Assembly: GCA_023382795.1 (NCBI GenBank)
Contig: JAHDWT010000004.1
Location: 42,650-106,649 of the forward strand
Direction: 5' to 3'
Length of the DNA: 64,000 bases
Source of the DNA: Candidatus Babelota bacterium
Lineage (GTDB): Bacteria; Babelota; Babeliae; Babelales; Vermiphilaceae
How positions within the stretch are numbered: position 1 is the stretch's first letter; every line of letters begins with the position of its first letter. The notes beneath the pieces are model-generated. The model saw nothing but the letters and a program-made list of their open reading frames with translations. It did not search any database and had not been told where the DNA came from. Both the position numbers and the translations under genes were made by a program. Below, in pieces: positions 30,136-39,563 of this stretch.

Positions 30136-30831
30136 ATGGCACTGCTTGAAGCACGTGATATTTCAAAAATATACAAAACGGGACCCACAACCTACATTCA
30201 AGTATTGTATGATATCTCACTATCAATAAACCAAGGTGAATTTCTCTCCATTACCGGGAAATCTGGTTCAGGAAAATCCACCCTCATGCACATTCTTGGA
30301 TGTCTTGATACGCCAACCAGCGGCGAATATTATCTAGAAGATCATAATGTTGCACCTATGAACAGTGATCAACTCGCCCATATCCGAAACTCATTTATTG
30401 GATTTGTTTTTCAACGCTTTCATCTACTGCCTGATTTAACCGCACAAGAAAATGTTGCCTTACCACACCTGTATGCGGGTAATCAAGAACAAGAAAGTAT
30501 GCACCGAGCTGCACAATTATTAGCAAAATTAGGACTTGAACAGCGCATGAATCATTATCCCAATGAGCTTTCTGGTGGAGAGCAACAACGCGTTGCCATC
30601 GCGCGTGCACTGATTAATGATCCAGCAATCATCCTCGCCGATGAACCAACCGGAAATCTTGATTCGGCAACAGGGAAAAAAATCATGGAGCTATTCAGCG
30701 AATTAAATAAACAACATCATGTTACCATAATCATTGTTACTCACGACCCGGTACTTGCCGCTCAAACTGATCGTATTATAACGCTACTCGACGGACACCT
30801 TGTAGACGATAAAAAACAAGGAGCCATATAA
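30136..30831 (+). CDS. MacB/LolD-type ABC ATPase
   Basis: Walker [10 protein letters not shown], signature LSGGEQQR, Walker [12 protein letters not shown] and H-loop THD. Confidence 0.92.
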   Translation: MALLEARDISKIYKTGPTTYIQVLYDISLSINQGEFLSITGKSGSGKSTLMHILGCLDTPTSGEYYLEDHNVAPMNSDQLAHIRNSFIGFVFQRFHLLPDLTAQENVALPHLYAGNQEQESMHRAAQLLAKLGLEQRMNHYPNELSGGEQQRVAIARALINDPAIILADEPTGNLDSATGKKIMELFSELNKQHHVTIIIVTHDPVLAAQTDRIITLLDGHLVDDKKQGAI

Positions 30832-31445
30832 TGCAACATGCTAAGGATATTTTTCTGTCAATTCTGCGTAACAAAACCACAAGCCGCCAAGCATTTAGAG
30901 AAGCTGCTATGCGTCTTACCCACCTCTTAGCGCATGAAGTACTGCAGTATCTGCCCACACAAAACATACTGCTTGCAACACCTCTCGCTGCCACGCAAGG
31001 AACTACCATCGCTACCGATATTATGCTTATGCCCATTTTACGTTCTGGGATCACCATGTTACCTGCTTTTCTTTCCTATTTTCCCCAAACAAGCATCGCG
31101 ATAATTGGCGCACGACGGGATGAAGAAACCGCGCAAGCGCATCTGTATTACCAAAATATTCCGCCACATACCAAAAATACTCGTGTTATTATTCTGGACC
31201 CGATGATTGCAACGGGAGGTACTGGTCTTATAGCACTCTCGCTCCTCAAAACTCTTGGCATTCCTGAAAGCAATATCATTTTTTGCTCTATCATCTGTGC
31301 CCCGGAAGGAATTGATAAACTCAAAAAACAGTTCCCTGCAGTTATGCATGTAACTGCCGCCATTGACGATCATCTGAATGCGCGTAAATTTATTGTTCCC
31401 GGCATTGGTGATTTTGGTGATCGTTATTTTGGAACTGAGGGGTAA
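30831..31445 (+). CDS. upp: uracil phosphoribosyltransferase
   Basis: ILRSG, ILDPMIATGGT (PRPP loop) and the C-terminal PGIGDFGDRYFGT motif. Confidence 0.9.
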   Translation: MQHAKDIFLSILRNKTTSRQAFREAAMRLTHLLAHEVLQYLPTQNILLATPLAATQGTTIATDIMLMPILRSGITMLPAFLSYFPQTSIAIIGARRDEETAQAHLYYQNIPPHTKNTRVIILDPMIATGGTGLIALSLLKTLGIPESNIIFCSIICAPEGIDKLKKQFPAVMHVTAAIDDHLNARKFIVPGIGDFGDRYFGTEG

Positions 31446-31446
31446 T

Positions 31447-31920
31447 ATGCCTGCATCACATAACAGCTTTATGCAATGCGCTATCGAATTATCTATGCAA
31501 AACGTTCTGGAGGGCGGTGGCCCTTTTGGAGCAGTCGTGGTCAAAAACGGCATTATCATTGCGGAAGGTGTGAATCGTGTCACTCGCGACAATGACCCAA
31601 CGGCACATGCAGAAATAGTGGTCATTCGTCATGCATGTAACCAGGTGGGATCGTTCCAACTTACTGGATGTACCGTATATTCCTCATGTGAACCATGTCC
31701 TATGTGTCTAGGGGCCTTATATTGGGCACGTGTAGATACAGTATATTTTGCAAATACTAAACAAGATGCTGCGGCTATTGATTTTGATGACTCGTTTATT
31801 TACACACAAATTTCACTTCCAACACATACACGATCGATTCCGTTCATTCATCTTGATGTACCCCAAGCTCGTAAGGCGTTTGTGTTGTGGAAAAACAAAA
31901 TTGATAAAATATGTTATTGA
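31447..31920 (+). CDS. guaD: guanine deaminase (CDA-fold, GuaD type)
   Basis: GGPFGAVVV, the HAE zinc ligand (PTAHAEIVVIR), CEPCPMC and FDDSFIY. It reads co-linear with my recollection of B. subtilis GuaD. The ATG at 31447 lies directly after the upp stop. Confidence 0.8.
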   Translation: MPASHNSFMQCAIELSMQNVLEGGGPFGAVVVKNGIIIAEGVNRVTRDNDPTAHAEIVVIRHACNQVGSFQLTGCTVYSSCEPCPMCLGALYWARVDTVYFANTKQDAAAIDFDDSFIYTQISLPTHTRSIPFIHLDVPQARKAFVLWKNKIDKICY

Positions 31921-32031
31921 CATCACACATGCAATCACATCACACAACCAAACAATTGACCCAAAGAACCTTATTCACGTATTCTAGTAGCTACTCACCT
32001 GCTATTCGCTTCGGATTTTTATAGGGAACCT

Positions 32032-32991
32032 ATGGTACAACAACCCTCTCCATTACGCGTTGAACACCTGACTAAGATTTTTCAGCCATCCAAAAAATGG
32101 TTTTCTTTAAAACCTTCGACTCCAGCTTTTGTTGCAGTCAACAACATTTCATTTCAACTGCAGCCTTCAGAAATTCTAGGATTTCTCGGACCCAATGGCG
32201 CGGGAAAAACAACCACCATACAGCTCCTTTTAAGCGTGATGACACCGAGCAGAGGGTCTATTTATTACTTCGGCAACGAACTCCAAAAAAATCGCAGCTC
32301 TGCACTACGCCACGTATCTTTTGCCAGCACATACGTAAAACTACCCGGTAAATTAACGATCTATGAGAATCTTGCTCTAGCAGGTCAGTTGTATGGCATA
32401 ACGCGCTCAACCATCAGTACTCGCGTGAAAGAATTTTTACAATTCTTTGATATGTGGCATATGCGTGATCGCTTTTGCAGTACCTTATCTGCCGGTCAAA
32501 CAACACGTGTTATGTTGATTAAAGCATTTTTGACCGAGCCAAAAGTCGTTCTTCTTGATGAGCCTACCGCGGCCCTAGATCCAAATATCGCCTATGAAAT
32601 TCGCTCCTTTATTTTGCAGCAAAAAAAAGATCGTGGTATTTCAGTGTTACTTACCTCACACAACATGGATGAAGTTGCTCAGGTATGTGATCGCGTGCTT
32701 GTATTAAAAGAAGGAACTATTATCGCTGATGATACTCCAAAAAAATTAGCCGCAAGTGTTTCTGGTGCCCATATTAGTTTCATCATTACTGATGGGCTCA
32801 AACGCACCGTCGAATACCTGCAAAAACGTTCAGCACTTTATCATATCAAGGATCGTCGCCTGGAAATCACCATCGATGATGAAAAGATCCCACAACTGCT
32901 CACCGATCTCATGCACATGGGAGTAGTCTATTCACACATCGCCATTGAACGGCCAACACTAGAAGATTATTTTTGGCACATAGCAGAATAA
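32032..32991 (+). CDS. ABC-2-type exporter ATPase
   Basis: Walker A GPNGAGKTT, signature LSAGQTTR, Walker B VLLDEPTAALD and H-loop SHN. Confidence 0.9.
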   Translation: MVQQPSPLRVEHLTKIFQPSKKWFSLKPSTPAFVAVNNISFQLQPSEILGFLGPNGAGKTTTIQLLLSVMTPSRGSIYYFGNELQKNRSSALRHVSFASTYVKLPGKLTIYENLALAGQLYGITRSTISTRVKEFLQFFDMWHMRDRFCSTLSAGQTTRVMLIKAFLTEPKVVLLDEPTAALDPNIAYEIRSFILQQKKDRGISVLLTSHNMDEVAQVCDRVLVLKEGTIIADDTPKKLAASVSGAHISFIITDGLKRTVEYLQKRSALYHIKDRRLEITIDDEKIPQLLTDLMHMGVVYSHIAIERPTLEDYFWHIAE

Positions 32992-32994
32992 GGA

Positions 32995-33792
32995 TTGCAC
33001 ATGAATTGGGCACGGGTTTTTACCATGTTACAAAAAGAACTTATCACCATAGGCCGCGATCCCTTACAAATATCGGACCTCGCATACTGGCCATTTCTTG
33101 ATATTTTACTCTGGGGGTTCACCAGCTCGTGGTTTGTGGCCCAACAAGCAGACGCTCCTGTCCTTGCACTCACCACGCTTACCGCACTAACGCTCTTTCA
33201 CCTTATGAGTCGTGCACATATGGATGTTGCCGGCACCCTTGTGTATGAATTATGGGGGCGCAACCTCATTAATCTCTTTTCTAGTCCACTGAAAATAAGC
33301 GAATGGTCTATGGCTGCCATGTTACTTGGCCTCATAAAGGGTTCGTTCACTGCACTATTTTGCTCTTTGGTAATTTGGCTTTTACACGGATTTAACGTTT
33401 TATCATTAGGATTAACCCTGGTTCCCTTTATGTTCGCACTCATTATTTCTGGATGGAGTACGGGATTCTTGATTTCTGGCTTGCTTATGTATTGGGGCGT
33501 ACGCGCACAAACGCTTATATGGTCAATCAGCTGGCTATTAGCTGCCATTTGCGGCGTGTTTTATCCCATAGATATTTTGCCACGAACTATCCAATATATT
33601 TCCCGCTTATTTCCTATGACTTACGCCTTTGAAGGCATTCGCTATGCAGTGAGTACCCATACATCTCCACTCGGCAACGCGTTCACCAGCATAGGGATGA
33701 GTATTATTTACTTCATAGCAACCTATGCTTTCTTCACACGCATGTTCGGTAAAAGCAAAGAATACGGGCTTTCACGCCTTGAACAGGAATAA
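32995..33792 (+). CDS. ABC-2-type exporter permease
   Basis: About six TM segments, immediately downstream of the ATPase gene. Confidence 0.7.
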   Translation: MHMNWARVFTMLQKELITIGRDPLQISDLAYWPFLDILLWGFTSSWFVAQQADAPVLALTTLTALTLFHLMSRAHMDVAGTLVYELWGRNLINLFSSPLKISEWSMAAMLLGLIKGSFTALFCSLVIWLLHGFNVLSLGLTLVPFMFALIISGWSTGFLISGLLMYWGVRAQTLIWSISWLLAAICGVFYPIDILPRTIQYISRLFPMTYAFEGIRYAVSTHTSPLGNAFTSIGMSIIYFIATYAFFTRMFGKSKEYGLSRLEQE

Positions 33793-33944
33793 TTTTCACC
33801 ATCTAAGCACGACTTGATCTCTGGAAAGCTTATAAATTTCAAAAACCGAGTCAAAAATTACCCCGTTTGATAAATAACTTATTCTGCGACACCATAAAAA
33901 TATAAAGAAAATTTTTAACGAAACTACTCTATGGGGCAAATCTT

Positions 33945-34859
33945 ATGAAATCCAAAAACATTATTTTTACGCTACTCGCCATAACTGTTGCGAATTCCAC
34001 TCTAGTCGCCGATCCTGGAAGCAGTAGTTGGGCCTGGATTCATCGGCTAGGAACAAGTGTAAAGCCACTTCTAGGAACGTTCTTCAGAAAAACTGCTGAA
34101 TGTGGCCCTGAAGCATACCACTACGCGCAAGAAAACCCAATAAAAGTGGCCGCTATTACCCTATTGTCTGCTACTGGACTATGGGGGGCATATCGATGTG
34201 GGCACAGAGTGGGATTCAACCAGGCTTATTGGAAAGGTGTTAGGGCATCCGAACAATTAAATGGCAAGCACTGGGAAACCGATTCGGCTGCTAAATTGAG
34301 AGGTCAACCCATACGTGATCTACAGAAGATTAATAACCACCTCGATGCATACTATGATCCAGGAGATGACCTTGCGCTAAAGTATCCCTATAATGTGGAA
34401 AACACCGGTCATAACACCGTGCAACTTGGTCGTATGTCCGGGAGAATGTACAACAATCTCAGCGAGGACATAGATAATCTCAACGCGAAAGATGATAATC
34501 TCAGCCTCAAAGAAAAAACTGATGCGCTAAAAGAGCGCATGCGAAAAAATATGAAAACTCTTAGTAATTATCACTTAAGCGAGGGCATTAATCTTGGTTT
34601 TGCGCTAGCTGCCTATTCTGGAGAATATACTGAGCAGAACTTCTTGAGTATAGAAAAGCTTGAGAATATAGTAACTCCTATGGATCACGATACTGCTAAA
34701 CAAAATCGTATCAATAATTATATTCGTAATCAGTTAGACAACCAACGCCGAGTTTTCCGATATACCTGTAAAAATCCAAATGCTACTCTGCAGGAAACTA
34801 TTAAGCACCAAAGAGTGCACGATACACAATTTACAGAGCAATTAGATGAACGCCGCTAA
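33945..34859 (+). CDS. hypothetical exported protein (paralog family with 34846 gene)
   Basis: Signal peptide. The block YHYAQENPIKVAAITLLSATGLWGAYRCGHRVGF is shared with the next gene. Confidence 0.55.
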   Translation: MKSKNIIFTLLAITVANSTLVADPGSSSWAWIHRLGTSVKPLLGTFFRKTAECGPEAYHYAQENPIKVAAITLLSATGLWGAYRCGHRVGFNQAYWKGVRASEQLNGKHWETDSAAKLRGQPIRDLQKINNHLDAYYDPGDDLALKYPYNVENTGHNTVQLGRMSGRMYNNLSEDIDNLNAKDDNLSLKEKTDALKERMRKNMKTLSNYHLSEGINLGFALAAYSGEYTEQNFLSIEKLENIVTPMDHDTAKQNRINNYIRNQLDNQRRVFRYTCKNPNATLQETIKHQRVHDTQFTEQLDERR

Positions 34860-35514
34860 TAAAATAAACGCTCGCTTTGGCTGCATCATCATCATGCTAG
34901 CCGTGACATGCCAAACCGAAATCTTCACCTTGCCCCCTATTGATCACCAAACGCTGGCTGATGCAACTTCTATGACATATCAATATGCTGCGGATAATCC
35001 TGGAAAAGTGCTCGCTGCAGGAATCTTTGGCACTGCATGGCTCATATACCGAACAGGCAGATGTCGTGGATTTTCCGGTGGATATCCTGAAGGAGTCGGG
35101 CGCGCTAAAGCATCGTACGAACGAAGCTCATCAAGTCTGAAAGCAAAACCTGAAAGTACCTCATCGGCTACGGACAGTTCCTCATCACCTAAGGTTAAAC
35201 AAGACCAATCAACTTTTTTGAAAATTGGAACCTTGGGAATGTGGTATATATATCATCTAGGGCAGCATCGAGGATACGATTATGGAAAGACTTGCGGGCA
35301 TGATGATTGGCTAGTAAGCACCAAATGTTCCAAGACCTCTTTGCGACATAATATTGGAACCCCTTGTTGTGCGTTTCACAGCCGTCAGCAATGGTGTAAG
35401 GAAAAACATGAAAAGGTTCCAAAAAATAGCAGCATGGGCTACCATGAATCTGGCAAAAGTACATGGCCAGGCAATCCATTTATGGCATTGTATCACTTCT
35501 GCTGGAAACGATGA
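34846..35514 (+). CDS. hypothetical exported protein, paralog of 33945 gene; 3' part probably frameshifted (possible pseudogene extending to 35638)
   Basis: The N-terminal block YQYAADNPGKVLAAGIFGTAWLIYRTGRCRGF matches the upstream gene. The last ~70 aa in this frame are abnormally rich in C/W/H. The +1 frame (open 35315..35638) carries RKNMK-10 aa-MNL, matching RKNMK-10 aa-INL of the paralog. Confidence 0.45.
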   Translation: MNAANKINARFGCIIIMLAVTCQTEIFTLPPIDHQTLADATSMTYQYAADNPGKVLAAGIFGTAWLIYRTGRCRGFSGGYPEGVGRAKASYERSSSSLKAKPESTSSATDSSSSPKVKQDQSTFLKIGTLGMWYIYHLGQHRGYDYGKTCGHDDWLVSTKCSKTSLRHNIGTPCCAFHSRQQWCKEKHEKVPKNSSMGYHESGKSTWPGNPFMALYHFCWKR

Positions 35515-35668
35515 TCTTTATAACCTATACGCTAAAATTACGAAATTAAGTATAAAATCTTGTGCTACAAGTTATAAAACTGCCAAAAAACCCCAATACA
35601 TTGTAAAAAAACAAATGAAGAGCTATAGTAGATCATAATAATTTAACCATCTACTATAGCTTCTTGTC

Positions 35669-36436
35669 ATGATGAATATTCTAGAAATTCGTAATCTCAT
35701 CAAAACCTATCAATCACCGCAAGGCTCATTCAATGCGCTTGATGGCGTATCTCTTGATATTAAGCAAGGAGAAATTCTTGGGCTTCTTGGTGTGAACGGT
35801 GCCGGAAAAACAACGCTTTCCTCTATCTTGGCCACCCTCCATCCACCAACAAGTGGTGATGTGCTCTTTAAAGGCACCTCTATCTACGGCAACATCATGC
35901 ACTACCGTACTGCACTAGGTTTTTGCCCACAACGTCAAAATCTAGACACTCATCTTAATGTCGAAGAAAATTTACTTTTTGCCGGTCGTTACTTTTTATT
36001 ACCAGAAAATATTGTTCGTGAACGCACCCATGCTCTCATGGAAACATTTGATCTTTTGCGTTATGCAGCATTTGATATCAACAGTCTTTCAGGCGGCACG
36101 AAACAACGCGTACTTATCGCCCGCGCACTTATGCATAACCCTGAAATCGTGTTACTTGATGAACCCACTGTTGGTTTGGATCCTGATGTCCGACGTCGTT
36201 TATGGCAACATATTAAAACATTAAAAGAGCGTGGCATTACCGTTATTTTAACCACACACTACCTTGATGAAGCAGAAATACTTTCCGATCGTATTTGTAT
36301 TTTAAACAGAGGGCAAGTCCTTCTTACCGCTTCGCTGCGCGAACTCAAAGAAACGTATCCACATCTAAATCTTGAAGAAATATTTATTAAGCTGACTGGC
36401 CAAACACACCAGGAACCTGATACGGAGATGGTATAA
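35669..36436 (+). CDS. ABC-2-type exporter ATPase
   Basis: Walker A GVNGAGKTT, signature LSGGTKQR, Walker B VLLDEPTVGLD and H-loop THY. Confidence 0.9.
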   Translation: MMNILEIRNLIKTYQSPQGSFNALDGVSLDIKQGEILGLLGVNGAGKTTLSSILATLHPPTSGDVLFKGTSIYGNIMHYRTALGFCPQRQNLDTHLNVEENLLFAGRYFLLPENIVRERTHALMETFDLLRYAAFDINSLSGGTKQRVLIARALMHNPEIVLLDEPTVGLDPDVRRRLWQHIKTLKERGITVILTTHYLDEAEILSDRICILNRGQVLLTASLRELKETYPHLNLEEIFIKLTGQTHQEPDTEMV

Positions 36437-37227
36437 TGCACGGGGCATTGCAGCACCAAGTACGCATATTCTGGCAGCTCGTCAAAAAAGAATTATGGCT
36501 AATCAGAAAAGGTTTTCTTGATAAATTTGCTGACGGCATCATCATCGTGGCAATCCAGGTGCTCGTATTCAGCCATCTTTTACCGCTCATCGGCATGCCA
36601 AAAACACTCATTGCGCCTACCTTTATCGGCTCCATCATACAGCTCTTTTTTTCTATGGGATACGGGTTATCACTCCGTGTGGTTTTTGATCTTCAGTTTG
36701 CTCGTTTTATTGATTACTATCTCACGCTACCGCTTGGTAAAACATGGATATTTGCAGTATACATAGCCCAATTTGTGGCCGAAGTTGCAATCACGACCAT
36801 TCCTCTCGTTTCTTTTGGCATTATCGCAATGGGGGAAAATTTTATCATGATAGCACCGAGCATTCCTCTATTCATCATCGCGTATCTTCTTTCTTTGATA
36901 CTGATAGCAACATTATTTTTATCATTCAGTTTTATGTATTCGTTTAGATGGTTCTTTGACAACCTCTGGCCACGTAGACTTTCTCCCCTCTTTCTGTGTA
37001 GCAGTGCGTTATTTCCATGGAAAAAAGTATATGCACTTTCGCACACACTTGGCGTACTGTTTCTCTGTAATCCGCTCACCTACGTTGCTGAAGCGCTCCG
37101 TGGCACTTTGATTGGTGGACCTGATTTTTTATCACCACTCATAACAATCCCTGCAATACTATGCTTTTGTGTGATAATGCTACTTATTTGCAATAAGGGA
37201 ATTACTCGGCGACTAGATCCGGTATAG
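36436..37227 (+). CDS. ABC-2-type exporter permease (first of two)
   Basis: Multi-TM protein. Start overlaps the ATPase stop (TAATG). Confidence 0.7.
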   Translation: MHGALQHQVRIFWQLVKKELWLIRKGFLDKFADGIIIVAIQVLVFSHLLPLIGMPKTLIAPTFIGSIIQLFFSMGYGLSLRVVFDLQFARFIDYYLTLPLGKTWIFAVYIAQFVAEVAITTIPLVSFGIIAMGENFIMIAPSIPLFIIAYLLSLILIATLFLSFSFMYSFRWFFDNLWPRRLSPLFLCSSALFPWKKVYALSHTLGVLFLCNPLTYVAEALRGTLIGGPDFLSPLITIPAILCFCVIMLLICNKGITRRLDPV

Positions 37228-37234
37228 GACACAT

Positions 37235-38023
37235 ATGACGCAATCTATACGTATTTTTTTGATTTTTTTATGGCGTGATATCGCCATCTACTGGAAACTC
37301 AGAGGTGCTTACTTTATTAATTATGCACTCATATATCCAGCACTTTATGCCTTTGTGTTTCTGTATGTCGGCGCGCAGGTGTTTTTCGGCCCTGGGAACG
37401 CGTATACTGGTACCATGCTTTTTGCAAGTAACATTGTGCTCACTATCATGACGCTTACCTATAAACTCAATATTGCGCTACTTTTTGATCTTGAACAAGA
37501 TCGTTTTATCGATTATCAAACTACACTCCTTGCACCACGCTATGTACTCCTAGAACGCATTCTATTCACTGCCTTGTTTACGGCACTTCTACTGACACCC
37601 TATTTTCCCATCGCCAAGCTCTTATTCGGTAGTAAATTCGTAAGCACCACTATATCATGGCTTGCTCTTGAACTGATGATTGTGCTCAGCACACTTTTCG
37701 GCTCTGCGTATCATCTTATGGTCAGCTGTGTTATTAAAAAATCTTCTCATATGTCTAAGTTTTGGATACGACTCAACCAACCACTTCTTATTTTGGGTGG
37801 CTTTTGGGTACCACATGCAATTATTGCAAAATTTTCACCAGTACTCGGCATCTTGTGTTATTTCAATCCCTTCATGTATATGACTGAAGGCATACGCCAC
37901 GCAATTCTAGGAGGATCAGAATTTTTTAAGCTCAGTACCTGCACGCTGGCACTTATCACGGCAACTACTCTTTGCACGCTAATATGCTTTTACTTTTTTA
38001 AAAAAAGAACTGACCACTTATAA
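37235..38023 (+). CDS. ABC-2-type exporter permease (second of two)
   Basis: Multi-TM protein of similar length and layout to the preceding gene. Shared motif: CNPLTYVAEALR versus FNPFMYMTEGIR. Confidence 0.7.
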   Translation: MTQSIRIFLIFLWRDIAIYWKLRGAYFINYALIYPALYAFVFLYVGAQVFFGPGNAYTGTMLFASNIVLTIMTLTYKLNIALLFDLEQDRFIDYQTTLLAPRYVLLERILFTALFTALLLTPYFPIAKLLFGSKFVSTTISWLALELMIVLSTLFGSAYHLMVSCVIKKSSHMSKFWIRLNQPLLILGGFWVPHAIIAKFSPVLGILCYFNPFMYMTEGIRHAILGGSEFFKLSTCTLALITATTLCTLICFYFFKKRTDHL

Positions 38024-38029
38024 ACAAAA

Positions 38030-38070
38030 AACAGGCTGCTCAGACAATCTTTTGCCATCAGCAGCCTGTT
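38030..38070. terminator. terminator hairpin between convergent genes
   Basis: 11-bp stem AACAGGCTGCT/AGCAGCCTGTT with a 19-nt loop. An A-run on the left gives a U-run for the minus-strand gene. There is no T-run for the plus-strand transcript. Confidence 0.55.
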
Positions 38071-38088
38071 ATCATGTCTTAATAGTAT

Positions 38089-38481
38089 CTAGTAATCTTG
38101 CACAGCTTGTATATCTTCAATAGCCTCTAACTCTTGCGTTGGTGTTCCAAGTGCCCCTACAGGTTTTTCTGGTGTTGCTTGTTGTGCTTCTGCCTTACAT
38201 GCTTCATGGAAATCGGCACGACATTCTTCACGGCGTAAATAATAAGGATCACTCGCTCCACCGCGAGTTGCCCATTGCCCACGAATTGCTTGAGGTTCTA
38301 TTTCCTCAGCTTGCTTCTCTTCACATGCTTTTAACTGCTCGTACGCCATAGGGCACGATTCTTTAGTTACCGCAGGTTCTTCTTTTTTGGGTGTCGTTAA
38401 AATTCTACCTCGTTCTGCCACAAGAACCAATGCTCCTACACCAAGAACTACTACCAATCCTATTGCTAAAATCTTTTTCAT
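38089..38481 (-). CDS. hypothetical exported/anchored protein
   Basis: The ATG at 38481 follows AAAGGAG and gives MKKILAIGLVVVLGVGALVLVA. Acidic, Cys-containing ectodomain. Confidence 0.5.
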   Translation of the reverse strand: MKKILAIGLVVVLGVGALVLVAERGRILTTPKKEEPAVTKESCPMAYEQLKACEEKQAEEIEPQAIRGQWATRGGASDPYYLRREECRADFHEACKAEAQQATPEKPVGALGTPTQELEAIEDIQAVQDY

Positions 38482-38699
38482 CGTACTACTCCTTTTTGCT
38501 ATACGACTCATTCTATTGATCAGAGTACCAAATCAATACCTCAAATCTCAATAAATCGTTACAAATAAGATTTTAAATACTCATTTGGCTATAAATAGTA
38601 GGTCCCATTTGTTATTTTTCATCTAAGAAGCTACGATATAAACATATAGTTTATCTTTTTGCAAAATAGGTGAAGAACTGCGCTATTTTAGGGGAAATT

Positions 38700-39191
38700 A
38701 TGAATAAAAAGCACAATACTTTTTCAAAACTCTCTTTGCTGATCATACTCGGCACTGGATTCAACCAGATTTTGGCCACTGATGATCAATCTACAAGTGA
38801 TTCTTCCTCAAAAACTTTTAACTCTCAAACCAGTCATCATGCCAAAACTTTTGTAAGTGGTGCAGTTATTGGCTCCCTCTCAACGCTCGCAGCAATTCCA
38901 TTGGTAAGTAAAAATACACCACCGATCAAAAATACCTGGACCAGCCTGGGAAATAGCACTTTGCATGGCTTTGTGCGAGGATCGGCAACTACGGCTGGCG
39001 TATTCGCCCTTGGTTATACAGCATATCGCTGGAAAGGCAAGGAAGTATTACAACAGGTTAAAAAAGATTTCAGAAGCGACATGCGCAACGATGTGGAGCG
39101 TGCTACTAATAATGCTATAAGCGCCACAAAAAAGAGACTAAAATGGCCATTGAGCGCGCTGATAAAGGATGAGGAACAAGATGGAAAGTAA
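38700..39191 (+). CDS. hypothetical small membrane protein (tandem paralog A)
   Basis: The ATG at 38700 follows GGGGA. Signal peptide plus the block KTFVSGAVIGSLSTLAA, shared with the next gene. Confidence 0.5.
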   Translation: MNKKHNTFSKLSLLIILGTGFNQILATDDQSTSDSSSKTFNSQTSHHAKTFVSGAVIGSLSTLAAIPLVSKNTPPIKNTWTSLGNSTLHGFVRGSATTAGVFALGYTAYRWKGKEVLQQVKKDFRSDMRNDVERATNNAISATKKRLKWPLSALIKDEEQDGK

Positions 39192-39474
39192 AAAAATGAG
39201 CGGCTTAATGATGTGGTTAACATGCACACTATTAGGTATGGCACTACCACTACAGGCTCAACCCTTTACCAATCAAAATCATACGCGCTCGGCACTATCA
39301 TCAAAGCCTATTTTCTTGGCTGGTGTCGCAACCGGTAGCCTGGCTATGATAGCTGCATACCAATCACGGCAATTCAATAAACGATTTTCGTTGCCAAAAC
39401 AAGCAAAATTGCTTGGTTGCTTCTGTGGAACGACGCTTTCAAGTTATCTTATACTACGCTACTCAAGTAATTAA
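39181..39474 (+). CDS. hypothetical small membrane protein (tandem paralog B)
   Basis: The ATG at 39181 follows GAGGAA. The block KPIFLAGVATGSLAMIAA resembles paralog A. Confidence 0.45.
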   Translation: MESKKMSGLMMWLTCTLLGMALPLQAQPFTNQNHTRSALSSKPIFLAGVATGSLAMIAAYQSRQFNKRFSLPKQAKLLGCFCGTTLSSYLILRYSSN

Positions 39475-39563
39475 TCAGAAATAATAGTATCACGGTATAC
39501 GCCGGCTATTTTTTAAGATAGATTCTTATTGAACTATCATCAGACAGCGTAAAAGGAATCATC

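Noticed and set aside
31059-31625. 188-aa minus-strand ORF spanning the upp/guaD junction.
   Set aside because: It overlaps two well-supported plus-strand genes, has no motif or Shine-Dalgarno, and is a shadow ORF. The same reasoning applies to 5282..5632, 5825..6253, 17202..17645, 22147..22548, 28874..29302, 36717..37079, 43163..43603, 46776..47171 and 61600..61974.
31986-31995. 10-nt perfect palindrome AGTAGCTACT upstream of the ABC ATPase gene, as a possible operator.
   Set aside because: Palindromes of this length are expected many times by chance in 64 kb. There is no second half-site or repeat.
35354-35638. 94-aa ORF annotated as a separate gene.
   Set aside because: It lacks its own Shine-Dalgarno or signal. 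Its sequence matches the C-terminal part of the 33945 paralog, so I interpret it as the frameshifted 3' part of the 34846 gene.
39475-39563. Possible fluoride riboswitch upstream of crcB.
   Set aside because: I could not find the conserved crcB-motif elements (GGCGAUG..., CCGCC, CUGAUGAU-CCU) on the plus strand. A CTGATGAT string occurs only on the opposite strand, which cannot regulate crcB. A covariance-model scan (Rfam RF01734) would be decisive.
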